Part shown: positions 1 to 13,342 of the stretch, piece by piece
Numbering within the stretch: the first letter of the stretch is position 1
How the letters are laid out: every line of letters begins with the position of its first letter
Source of the DNA: Octopus sinensis
Taxonomy: Eukaryota
Assembly: GCF_006345805.1 (NCBI RefSeq)
Contig: NC_043016.1
Coordinates: forward strand, 5,890,001-5,954,000
Reading direction: 5' to 3'
DNA: 64,000 nt
Translations under genes and position numbers: made by a program
Notes under the pieces: generated by a model
Told to the model about the DNA's origin: nothing
What the model saw: the letters and a program-made list of their open reading frames with translations, nothing else
The model's database searches: none

Positions 1-865
1 AACAACTGAGGGTTGGTGTCAAGAAGAACATCCAACCATAAAAAAAGTCTGCCTCAATAAACTGTCCATCCCATGCAAACACAGAAGACTGGATATCATA
101 ATGACAAAGATACTGATAATTAACTATTAGATAATTACAAGTAGACTGGTAAGGTGTCTATCGCAGGTCGTATAACCCAAGGGAGGTCACTATTCATACA
201 ATAGGAAGCGTTATATTGAATCCATGTGATTAATTTTATCTCAGATATCTGATTTAAGTAAAATCTCTCTCATATGTGGTCCACTTAACGTTCTCAGCTA
301 CAAGGGAGATAATCATTTCGTTGTCATTCAAAACAATTAAAACTTTGAAAGGCGTTGATGCAAAGAATTCACATTTTTTTAAAACATTTTTTTGTTGTTT
401 TTGTCTTTTGGGTACAGATATCGTTGTGTGGTTAAGACACTTATCTGGCAACTATATGTTTTGGGGTTCAGTCCCACTCTGCAGTACCTTGATCAAGTGT
501 CCTCTACTAAACCCCTGGGCAGATCAATGCTTTGTTAGTCAATATGAGAGACTGACACTATGTGGAACCTGTCACATATAAGATGGATTTCTTTCAATTT
601 TCCATCAATTAAATCCATTCACAATGATTTGGTCAGTCTGGGGTGGAAAGCAAGGTGATATACTCTTTTACTTATTCAGTCATTTGACTGTGGCCATGCT
701 GGAGCACCGCCTTTAGTCGAGCAACTCGACCCCGGGACTTATTCTTTGTAAGCCTAGTACTTATTCTATCGGTCTCTTTGCCGAACTGCTAAGTGACGGG
801 GACATAAACACACCAGCATCGGTTGTCAAGCAATGCTAGGGGGACAAACACAGACACACAAACAT

Positions 866-947
<82 letters not shown>

Positions 948-1379
948 TACGACAGGCTTCTTTCAGTTTCTGTCTACCAAATCCACTCACAAGGCTTTGG
1001 TTAGCCCGAGGCTATAGTAGAGACACTTGCCCAAGGTGACACACAGTGGGACTGAACCCGGAACCATGTGGTTGGTAAGTAAGCTACTTACCACACAGCC
1101 ATATATATATATATTTATCAACAGGATATTCAGAGGTAATGCAGTATGACCGTTTCAAGCTCTATTTAATTGAACAATGCAATCATTACCAGCACTAGTG
1201 ACGCTGTCATACAGCTTGCAAGACTACAAAGCCTGAGGAGTGGTTTTGCACCAGGATATAAGTGATAATAGCATGTGAGAAAGGACCAGTGCAGTACAGG
1301 ATTTTTGCTGAAGAGGTCTGACATGCATTTTAGAAAAGAAGGTGGAAGTGGCTGGAAAGAGACAAAAATAGTGATGAGG

Positions 1380-1577
1380 TCACATGTAAAAGCACCCATG
1401 CCGGTGACACGTAAAAGGCACCTATACCAGTGACACATAAAAGACACCTGTGCTAGTGACACATAAAAGACCCCTGTGCTAGTGACACAAAGCCCATCCA
1501 TGCCAGTGACACATAAAAGACACCTGTGCTGGTGACACATAAAAGACACCTGTGCCGGTGACACATAAAAGACACCA
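1380..1577. repeat. ~26-bp tandem repeat (GTGACACATAAAAGACACCTGTGCTA) within a SINE-like copy
   Basis: About 7 degenerate units directly preceding the GGAGTGGTTGGCATTAGGAAGGGCATCCAG motif. Confidence 0.8.
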
Positions 1578-1820
1578 ACTACACTCTTGGAGTGGTTGGC
1601 ATTAGGAAGGGCATCCAGTCATAGAGACCAGAGAATATCAGAATGGAGCTCTCTATCTTACCACTTCCAGTCAAACCCATACCTGGAAAATGGACACTAA
1701 GTGAAGATGAGGTTTCTGGATGTATTCTTAGGGAACAAGTTGAGCGGAGGGGTTAAGTGGCTAGTCACATTTTAGAAGCTGTTGTTTTTCTTCAATAAGG
1801 CCCTGAATATAACCACTTAC

Positions 1821-1987
1821 CTATTACTTACAGTACCCCAGGCACCATGTTTGTTGGTTAATATGTTAACAATCTTCTCTCGCAGTACATTAGCAATGGA
1901 ATGGTCCCGTCTTTTTGCTGAGGTTATAAGATGGTCACATAGCTTCTCTTCCTCTTTGCGTTCAACTACAGTTTGGGCACAAAGCGA
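1821..1987 (-). CDS. NBEA: Exon V ([21 protein letters not shown]...[15 protein letters not shown])
   Basis: CAG acceptor, GTAAGT donor, 167 nt. Confidence 0.94.
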
Positions 1988-4828
1988 CTGAAATAGAGAA
2001 AAGAAATTCATTTCAGTTAATTCTGTTTACACTAGTACATTACCTGCTACTTTATCTGCTAATACGTTACCCACTATTTTAAGATTATATTTATACAAGT
2101 ACATTACTTGCAACTTTAAGATTTTGTCTATGTTCTGTTCTTCAAAGATTTAATTTATACAAGTACATTACCCGCCAATTTAAGATTACATATATACATA
2201 TATACACACACACACACGACTTCTTTTACTCTATCTGTCTGTGCCTCTGTCTGTCTATGCAAGTCTGTGCATCAGTCTGTCTGTCTGTGCATCAGTCTAT
2301 TTCTGTGTCTATATGCTGTCTGTTTGTGTGTGTCTGTCTATACACACATTAGGTATATATGAACATTGAGATAGCTTTGTCACATGCTCCCAAACTTCTA
2401 TCTCATTATATGGAATCTTAGGTATCTATAGATTGAGTGAAGGCACATGGTTCAGTGGTTAGAGCATCGAGCTTACGATCGTGAGGTTGTGAGCTCGAAT
2501 CCCGGACCGGGCTGCATGTTGTGTTCTTGAGCAAGACACTTTATTTCATGTTGCTCCAGTTCACTCAGCTGTAGAAATGAGTTGCAACGTCACTAGGGCC
2601 AAGCTGTATCGGCCCCTTTGCCTTTCCTTTGAATAACACTGGTGGTGTGGAGAGGGGAGGCCGGTATGCATAGGTGACTGCTGGTCTTCCATAAACAACC
2701 TTGCCCAGGCTTATGCCTTGGAGGGTAACTTTCTAGGTGCAAGCGCATGGTCAGTGCCATGACCGAAGGGGGTCACAACAATAACAACAATAGACTCAGA
2801 CATCCAATTATATGCATGGAATTGGTAGATGGTAACTGTACAGAATACTGTCATGATCATTATCATCATTTAACACCACTTTTCCATATTTGCATGAGTC
2901 AGAAGGAATTTGCAGAGGCAATTTTCTTTTTGTGTCCAGATGCCCTTCCTGTTGCTAACCCTCATATATCAAAGCAAGTTAAATACTACTCTATGGAAGA
3001 TTAAGTAAACAACATCACTTGTACAGCCATCACAATATCAAGACAAGGGTACACACACACACGCATACACAAGGAAACCACATAACTGCAAATGATAATT
3101 CTTAACCAAACAACCATACCAACACCTATATACATATATATATGTATAGATAAAGTAATTAAGAGTATGAAGACAGGGAAAGCCCCAGGCCCATCAGGAA
3201 TCACCGCAGAGATGCTCAAAATATCTGGCAGTGTTGGTTATAGCCTAGTCACCCGTATAGTTAACCAGGTGATACACGAAGGAGTCATACCTAATGACTT
3301 GTGTAGCAGCATAATAGTCAACTGCTACAAAGGTAAAGGTGATGCTTTAGAAACAAATAATTACAGAGGTATCAAGCTGTCGGATCAGGTAATAAAGGTC
3401 ACGGAGAGGGTCTTAGCCGAACTAATTAAGGAGAGAGTCAGTTTGGATGAGATGCAATTTGGTTTTGTGCCAGGGAAAAGCACCACTGATGCTATATTCC
3501 TGAGTGAGGTTGTTGCCAGTACCGCCTGACTGGCCCCGTGCCGGTGGCACGTAAAAGCACCACTACACTCTCGGAGTGGTTGACATTAGGAAGGGCATCC
3601 AGCTGTAGAAACTCTGCCAGATCAAGATTGAAGCCTGGTGCAGCCATCTTGTTCGCCAGCCCTCAGTCAAATTGTCCAACCCATGCTAGCATGGAAAGCA
3701 GACGTTAAAATATGATGATGATGATGATGATGGTGATATATAATCATCATCATTGTCATCATCATTTAAATCAATTTTTCCTGCTGACATGGGTTGGATA
3801 GTTTGACAGGATCTGACAAGCCACAAAGCTGTGTCAGGCCCCAATGTCAGCTTTAGCAGGGTTTCTACAGTTTAATGCTCTCCCTAATGCCAACCATTTT
3901 ACCACTTGGCGAAGCAAGTTGTAATCGAAAGAGAGACAGACAGACAGAGTGAGGCCGAGAGAGAGACAGACAGTCAGAGTGAAGCAAAGCGAGAGAGGGG
4001 GTGTCAGAATTAGGGTGGTCAGAACACGAGGTAGAAAATTATTCTTTAGAGATTTGGGTAACATAATTTAACGAAAGAGCAAATGTTGATAATAGTAAAA
4101 CAGAATTGAAAAATCTTAGCGTTTTCGGTCAGCCAATCTATGACAAAGTTAGAGAAATAAGTGACTGTGTGATAAACTTAAATAAATGAATATATGGCGG
4201 TTAAGGACATGCGTGAACTAAGGTTACCTTAAGGCAACAACAAGGAAGACGAAACTATTGAAACTATATTTACATGTTTACATGGTAATGAAATATACAG
4301 AATAATGAAAGGAACTAATAAGGGGTTTATGATCTGTGCAGAAATAGAAGAACAGATGAACGAGGTTGAAAAGACAAAGCTTCTTATCTGAGCAGCTTCT
4401 GAGATTCGTCTCCTCTGGCAGAGGTATTAAAAATCGAGTAGGAGAATCCAAGCGCATGCGCTAGTTTATATAGGGTGGGGGTGGGGGTGGAGGAAGTCTT
4501 GGCGAAGCAAGTGGCATTTGAAAGAGAGACAGACAGACAGACAGACAGAGTGAGGCTTAGAGAGAGAGAGAGATACATACATATATTATCCTCATCACCT
4601 TCATCATCATTTTAACATTTGTTTTCCATACTGGCATAGGCTGGATGCTTTGATAGGAGCTGGTGAGGTCAGAAGCTGCACCAGGCTCCGTTGTTTGTTC
4701 GGACATGGTTTTTTTGGCTGGATGCCCTTCCTAATGCCAACCACTTTACAGAATGTACTGGGTGCTTACATAGCACCAGCACCAGTATAAATTCTTCTGC
4801 GGTGGATGGGTCCTCTTGAGTGTGTGTG

Positions 4829-4872
<44 letters not shown>

Positions 4873-5084
4873 TTCAAAATGTGACCGCGTGTGTACCGTT
4901 GGCGATTTTTTTCCTCCGTCTTTCCTTCTCTGGATCTTTCCTTTTCCTATGTTTCTGACGAAGAGCTCCGCTCAAAATGTTAAACCCTCCTTCTTCCTTT
5001 CCTTCCTGAGCGTCCAATAACACTATACTTGTTCCACGTCCTTGTGTTGTTGTGTTTTCTCTTTGTGTTTTCATGTTTGGATTA

Positions 5085-5122
<38 letters not shown>

Positions 5123-6266
5123 AACAGTCTCCCTATTGTAGTGTCAGTGCATAAAAATAGTACCCAGTACATACTGTAAATTGGTTGGTGTTCGGAAGGG
5201 CATTCACCTGCAGAGGTCCAGCCAAAGCTGACACTGGAACCTGATGCAGTCTCCTGTGACTCATCAGATCTGGTGAAATGGTCAAACCATGCCAGCATGG
5301 ATAACAGGCATTAAATGATTATAACGATGAAGAAAGGAAACGAAAATAATATATTTGCACAGCTGAGTATTGTGCTACTCGTGCACAACAGAATGACATT
5401 TACCTCAAATTCAGCATGTTTCTGCACATCTTCTGCCCGCATACGCGTTAAAATAAATTCTGCTTCGTTAGCAACACGCACAATGTGGTCTCTTGTTGCA
5501 TGAGCAAGTAATCTGAAAAATAAAAACAGGCAAAAAATATATTTACAAAGTCAGAAAACAGCACAGCTCCTTCCATGACTTTAGGAAACATTTTTTCACG
5601 CTGAGAGTTGCTGGAGCATGGAACAGACTGCCGGCATCAGTTGTTAGTTGTTGGAGCACTGCATCCTTCAAAACTTCCATGCTTTCTGAGATTCGCCAAC
5701 ACTACACCTGATTTTCTCCCCTTCATACACATGCAAGCATGTATCTGACTCATACATTGTTCGCTTTCCAGACATTTGTACATTACTGCATATACTTTAT
5801 ACGCACTTTCTGACAAGTTGTGGTGCACCTGAGCACTGTATACAGTAATTTCATTATATATAAAATAATAAACATTATTCCAAAGTTTTTGGCACAAGGC
5901 CAGCAATTTTATGAAGAGGAATACTTCAATTAAATTGACCCCAGTGATCATCTGGTATAAATTTTATCAGCCCTGGAAGGATAAAAGTAAAGTTGATCTT
6001 GGCAGGAACAGTAATCTATAGAATGATAAATAATAAGGATAATTTCTTCAAATTTTGGCACAAAACCAGCTCTTCTGATGGGGGAATGAAGTTGATTCCA
6101 CCAACCCCAAATATTAGACTAGTACTTGTTTTACTAACCCTAGTAGGATGAATGGCAAAGATGACCTCGGCAGAATTTGAAAGATAAACATATAAAGCTA
6201 GAAGAAATGTTACTAAGCATTTTGTCCAATGTGCTTACAATTCTGCCAGCTGCTGCTTTCTTTTTT

Positions 6267-6297
<31 letters not shown>

Positions 6298-6579
6298 GCT
6301 GCTGCTGATGATGATGATGATGATGATGACAACAACAACAACAATAAGTTACAAATTTTGGCACAAGACCAGTAATTTCAAGGAAGTGGGTAAGTCAATG
6401 TAATCCACCCCAGTACTAACTAATCAACTGGTACTTATTTTATCAACTCTTACAAAGATGAAAGGCAAAGTAGACCTCGGCAGAATTTGAACTATGAAAG
6501 TAAAGAACTTGAGGAAATACTGCTAAGTATTTCGTCTAATGCAGTAATAAGCCTGCCAGCTCACTGCAACAACAATAAC

Positions 6580-6612
<33 letters not shown>

Positions 6613-9600
6613 CATGATGATGGTTTGAATTTTGCCACATGGCAGCAATTTTGGGGGAAGTGATGAGTCGATTACATCAACCCCATTGTCCGACTGATAC
6701 TTAATTTATTAACCCCGAAAGGGTGAAAAGCAATGTCGACCTCAGCAGAATTTGAACTCAGAATGTAATGGCAGATGAAATACTGCTACGCATTTCACCT
6801 GGCATGCTTACAATTCTGCCTGCTGGCCACCTTAATAATGATGATAATAATAATAATCCTTTCTGCTATAGGCACTAGGTCTGAAATTTTGAGGGGAGGA
6901 GACTAGTCGATGACATCAACTCCAGTGCATAACTGGTACTTAATTTATTGACCCCCAAAAGGAGTGAAAGGCAAAGTCAACCTCACCAGAATTTGAACCC
7001 AGAACATAGCGACGGGCAAAATACTGCTAAGCATTCCATCCAGCATGCTAACAATTCTGCCAGCTCACCGCCTTGAAATGATAATGGTGGTGGTAATGAT
7101 GATGATGATGATGATGATAACTGATTCTAATTGAGGTCCATGGCCAGGAATTAGGAAGGGTGAGATTTTCCAATTAAATCTTGTACTTAGGTGGTGAATG
7201 AATGTACTGCATCATTTGCAATAAGAGACTCAATAGATCAGAGTGTGACAGCTGCTCCACAAAGAACATCCCTCTGAGCACACAAATGATTCTTTTTGTT
7301 TCCATTTTTACAAACAAGTCGAACAGGGTGGTGCTGAGGCAATACTCCAGAATGGCAAATCTGTCAGTGCTACTGCCAATTGCCATGCAGATGGATACTA
7401 TGGCTGGACAGCATATGCCAAGCAAGGACCCAATCCTTGTGGTAGTACATGGAGCACATACTCCTGGTTATGCTTCCTCCCATGCTAGATAGGTCAAAGA
7501 ACAGAGGCTAGGCTAGCATGGATCACCTCTTCCCAGAGGATAGACATAGGGCAAACACCTCTACCTACAAAAAAGCAATGTTATAGAAGCATCGATGACA
7601 ATTCAAACCCAGCAACACTTACAAGAGGAAAGATAACCCAAAGTGAAGAAAAGTGAAGAAAAGTTGTTGATGGTCTATGTTCTATAGAGAGTAAGGATCT
7701 AAAGAAAATACATGAATAAAAAAAAGAACTTTGGTGCGACCCATTTCAAATTCTGTGGAGACATCATTTTAACATCTACTTATCTATGCTTGTACAGGAA
7801 AGAGTTGACTGAGACAGATTTTTTTTACAGTTAGATGCCCTTCCTGTTGCCAACCCTCATCTCTATCCAAGCAAAGTAATATTTCCCTATGGCCAGACAT
7901 GTTGTTGCAGAACATTTGGAAATGAATGACATTGCTTGTATGACTCATTCACAACTATCATGTGATGTCAAGAAAAATGCAAACACACACACACATGTAG
8001 GAATGGGTGTCCAAAAGTAACTGGAAATGTTCTCTGTGGGACAAGACTTGTAGTTCAGGCTCCTGCAGCTAGAAGTCACTTGATGCAACCCTCAGGCATC
8101 AGTCTGCTGACCGGCGTCATCAAAGGAAGTCATACTGCCACATGGTGCATCTTTGTTTTATTCACCGATTTTTGCGATAGCTGACACAAAAGAACAGTGT
8201 GTTTCCATGAAATTCTGTTTCCTGCTGGGGGAAAACGGTAACTGAAATAGTTGTCATACTTCAAACAGCTTACAAAGCCCACTGCCATGAGCCAAAACAC
8301 AAGTTTACAAGTGATTTCCATGCTTTAGGAATTGTCACCTCATTCAGGATGGCTGTCAACCTCCCCAAATGAATCAAAACATCATCATCATCATCATCAA
8401 TGTTTAACGCCCACTTTCTATGCTATCATGGGTTGGAAGGTTCAACTGGGATCTGGGAAACCAGGAGGCTGCACCAGGCTCCAGTCTGATCTGGCAATGT
8501 TTCTACAGCTGGATGCCCTTCCTAACGCCAACCACTCCATGAGTGTAGTGGGTACTTTTTACGTGCCACCAGCACAGGTGCCAGGCGAGGCTGGCAACGG
8601 CCACGATCGGATTGGTGCTTTTTACGTTCCACTGGCACAGGTGCCAGGCGAGGCTGGCAACGGCCACGATCGGATTGGTGCTTTTTATGTGTCACTGGCA
8701 CAGGTGCCAGGCGAGGCTGGCAACGGCCACGATCGGATTGGTGCTTTTTACGTTCCACTGGCACAGGTGCCAGGCGAGGCTGGCAACGGCCACGATCGGA
8801 TTGGTGCTTTTTATGTGTCACTGGCACAGGTGCCAGGCGAGGCTGGCAACGGCCACGATCGGATTGGTGCTTTTTATGTGTCACTGGCACAGGTGCCAGG
8901 CGAGGCTGGCAACGGCCACGATCGGATTGGTGCTTTTTACGTGTCACTGGCACGGAAGCCAGTCAAGGCAGCGCTGGTATCGGCCACGAAAATTCATGAA
9001 CTGATGTCAGAGGACCATCACTGAACAGTTGATGATGAACTTGTTGATATGACTGGTGTGTCCCAGAGTTTCTGCCAACGAATTTTGAGTGAGGAATTGT
9101 GAATGAAAAGAGTAACAGCAAAATTTGTGCCTCCTTTGCTCAGTCATGACTGAATGCATGTTTACATCCTCCTAACTTAGCTGTTTGGCAAAAAAAAAAA
9201 GAAAAACATTGATAGAGCATGTACCAGAGTTTGGGGGAAAAATTAAGTACTGAAGGCAATTTGTTCAAATAAACCCTTCAAGGTGGCATTCCAGCATGAT
9301 AGAATCTGCAAAGATAATTTTTTTTAAACGTCAAATAAAGGGAAATAACTCTTTATTTCAGCTGTATCACATTCACATTTCAACTTGTTTGTTTCGACAG
9401 TTTACCATAGATAGGGTGGTAAAGTTTTGAGGTTAAGTAGTTTGCTTCTCAACCACATAGTTTCAGGTTCAATCCCACTGAGATGCACCATGACCACGTG
9501 TCTTCTGTTATTGTCCTATAGCCATAGGCAATCCAAAGCCTTGTGAGTGGATTTAGTAGCCAGAAAAATCCAGAAACTAAAAGAAGTTCCAACTTCACCA

Positions 9601-10548
9601 TCACCAACACACAGCTCTCTTTGTGAGTACGTTTGTGTCTCCTTGTCTTGACATCACGTGATAGTTGTAGATGAGTGTCACTGTCATACAAGCAGTGTCA
9701 TTCTTTTCCGAATATGAGAATACGTTTGGCCATTGGGAAATACCAACTTGCATGGAGACAGGGTAGGGCTAGAGATAGGAAGTGTATCTGCCTCAATGAT
9801 CTCCACCTGATCGATACAAGCATGGATAAGTGGACAGCATCATCATAATCACTATCGTCATCATTCACCGCCATGTAAAAGTACTAATCCTTGACCTGAT
9901 TTATCAATGTTATAACCTGGATTTTTTGGGGCTAAAAAAAAATTGAAATATTTATTTACATCAGACAATGCTTCATGAAAATTATACGACTTTAATAAAT
10001 ATATATTTTTTTCAATGGGCTTCTTTCAGTTTCCATCTACCAAATCTGTTCACAAGACCTGGAGTGGAAATAGGAAACACAGCACATGGTGCCATGCAGT
10101 GGAATTGAACCTTAAACTATGTGGTTGGAAAGTAAATTTCTTAACCACACAACCCATGCTTGTGATTTTACATGTTAAATATACCATTTAACATCATCAT
10201 CATCATCGTTTAACGTCCGTTCTCCATGCTAGCATGGGTTGGACGGTTCAACCAGGATCTGGGAATCCAGAAGGCTGCACCAGGCTCCAGTCTTATCTGG
10301 CAGTGTTTCTGTGGCTGGATGCCCTTCCTAACACCAACCACTCCATGAGTGTAGTGGGTGCTTTTTACGTGTCACCGGCACAGGTGCCAGGGGACGCTGG
10401 CAACGGCCATGATCAGATTGGTGCTTTTTACGTGCCATACAATATTGATGATATAATACAGATTATATAATGAAAAACCTATACACATTTCTCCATGACC
10501 TTGATAAATAAATTAATACGAAAACAACTTCAATTTTCTTTCACTTGC

Positions 10549-10581
<33 letters not shown>

Positions 10582-13299
10582 GTATATATACACACACACA
10601 CACATAAACTTATATATATGCACACATGTGATTAGCTTTTCTGTTTCTGTCCCAAATCTACACATAAGGTTTTGGTTGTCCTGAGCTAGAGGAGATATCA
10701 TTTGCCAAATGTGCCATGCAATGTGCAATGGGACCAAACCTGAAACCATGTCATTAGGAAGTGTAGTTCTTAACTACACAACCATGCTTGCACCTGTGTG
10801 ACCCACAATATGGAAATCACAGGTACACATTTACTTCTATAATATAAAAAATAACTTACCTTCCTTCATTGACCAATTCGATAAACGCTAGTCCAGCATG
10901 TTTCTGAAGAGAGTTTTGCCACTCCTGGGAACAAAGCAACATCACTAATTCTACGACAGATGAACTTTGCTTCAGTGTAACAAGGCCTGTGGAGACAAAA
11001 AAAAATCTTTTTTAATGATCTTCCGCTACTATCACCATCATCCTTTAGCATCCATATTCCATAACGTCCAATGCATATAAGCCACAACACTGTCATCTGT
11101 GTGAAGACAACATCATGCTCCAATATCTACTTTGGCATCATTTGTACAGCTGGATACCTGATAGATGAGAGATGAGAAGGGTAAAATGCCCCTTGACTGT
11201 GAGTGTATCTGAGAGAGGGAGAGGTGGTTTTTTATGCCACTTGTTACTTCTATTAAAAATTTTAAATAACTAAAAATATTTTTTGCACTTTAAAAATATT
11301 AATTTTTAAAATTATTAATTAATAATTAGAAATTTGAAAATAGGTTATGAAAAATTATAATAGTATATAATTAGTTAGTACAATAAATAGAATACAAAAA
11401 TTAGTTATATATTACAGTAAAATCTAACCATAACAACAAATTCACAGTAAAATTTGCTTGAGTTATTGCCTAAGTTTTTGTCAAGTCTTCACATTTTTAG
11501 TCTTGACCCAATGCCTATTTTTATATAATGAATTTGCCAACCATATATACTATTCTACTTTACATAAGACTTTAGCTATATTGGTACTGCTGGCTTTCAG
11601 TTTTTAAGCATTCTAGTGAGTGAATATTTTAACAAAATAATGGTAATTTGTTTAATTATGATGTTACTTTGTAAATTAAAATCAAATGCCGTAAATCCTC
11701 AAGTATAATCCACATTTTTTTCCCAAAATTTAAAGGTCAAAATCCCTAGTGCGTACTCTATATGAGGTTAAAAATGAAAAATATTTTCTAAGCAATGTTC
11801 GAGTCTCTATTTGCTGTCTGGCAATGTTTATTCAGATGCATTTTGTGATGTCAGGCATGAAAATACCTTAAGCTAAGCCTGAAAGCAATGAAGTCAAAAA
11901 AGAATCATCCATAACTTGCAGTAAACAAATAAAAGTATTCAGAACACAGAATAACATGTAACAAAAACAATTTGCAAACATATTTACATTCCCATATAAC
12001 AGTTAAGAACATCACCATTATTGTATTACGCATGCACGGAAGTGTTTGTTCGACTCAGTGCTGCTGGCTTAATGACGCACGACTCAAGTTAGAGAAGGGG
12101 TGTGTATTATACACAAGGTTTAGGTTTTTCAGAGGTACAGCCTCCTAAAAATCCCCTGCATATTATACTCAAGGGTGGACTATACTCGAGGATTTACTGT
12201 AATTTTTAATATTCAAATTTTATTCTTAGATGCAATATTTTAAGTAAAAATTTTCTTGTTCTGTACTTTATCAGATGTAATTACTTGTCCTGTAATCTTC
12301 CTGGTTTATAATCTTAAGAATATTATTTCTCTTGCTCACATTTTCCCATGTAATCTGTGTTTTTTCCAGACTATGCTATTATGCTAATTAATAATGTGTC
12401 AAATGTGCCAATTAATGGTGTCAATGATAACTTTTTCCTTACCTCAATGATGCTGGTGACATATATTTAAAGTCCCCTTATTGAACAATATTCATAAAAA
12501 AGTATAGAACTATATATTCACCCTCAAATTTGAGAAACAAACACTGATAACATTTTCTTTTAAAACTTCATTGCATGAGACTGATACCATGAAATTCCTC
12601 GAATTGAGCTCTATCATTTAAGCTTAATTAAAATATAGTTTGTTTTTAAAATAAAAAAAATTAATTATACTTATATCCAATTTTTTGCCTTAGTTATATT
12701 TTTTCCATATTTTACATCGCAACTTTTTTTATACAAATTTTTGTTGCATAAGACCAAAACTATGAAATTCTTCATGCCTTCTTCTATCATTGAAGCTAAG
12801 ATAAATACATTTTTGCTTTTACAATAAAAAAAAGTTATTTAGATCTAAATTTGATTGGTGGTGTTACTTACTCTCCGATAATGCTGTTACAAATTTTGAC
12901 ATAAACTTTTTTCTATTGGACCAAATCTCAATTTTTCTTATGCCAAAATGTAGCTAGGGACCAGCCCTCTTCCAAAATGTTAAGAGTTTTCAATTTGGTT
13001 AAGAACTGAATTAGCGACAAGCAATGAAAGATACTGCATGTGAGTAAATTGCAGCCTTAAGAATATTATTCAGCTACTACCGAAGTTGAATGATACAGTT
13101 GCTATCAATGATGCACAAATTTGCAGAAATCCCAAATCTAGCAATTCTACTACTGGACACTTTTCACCTCCAACTGCTAACTCTGAGCTTTTTAGCTTTA
13201 CTCATGTACAAGAGATGCTTTCTCAAAACAGCTGTGTAGCTTTCTTACAGTATATCCATGTTAAGTAAGACATATAGAATGATACACACACACACATAC

Positions 13300-13342
<43 letters not shown>

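Noticed and set aside
2441-2510. tRNA gene
   Set aside because: tRNA-like A/B boxes continue into a repeated SINE body; no complete cloverleaf evident
7174-7710. Independent small gene
   Set aside because: Looks like highly decayed LINE-derived sequence; no consistent splice structure; too degraded to classify
8332-9024. 230-aa repeat protein gene
   Set aside because: ORF is made of mariner, SINE and 63-bp tandem sequence, has a non-ATG start, and the same peptide appears in many SINE copies
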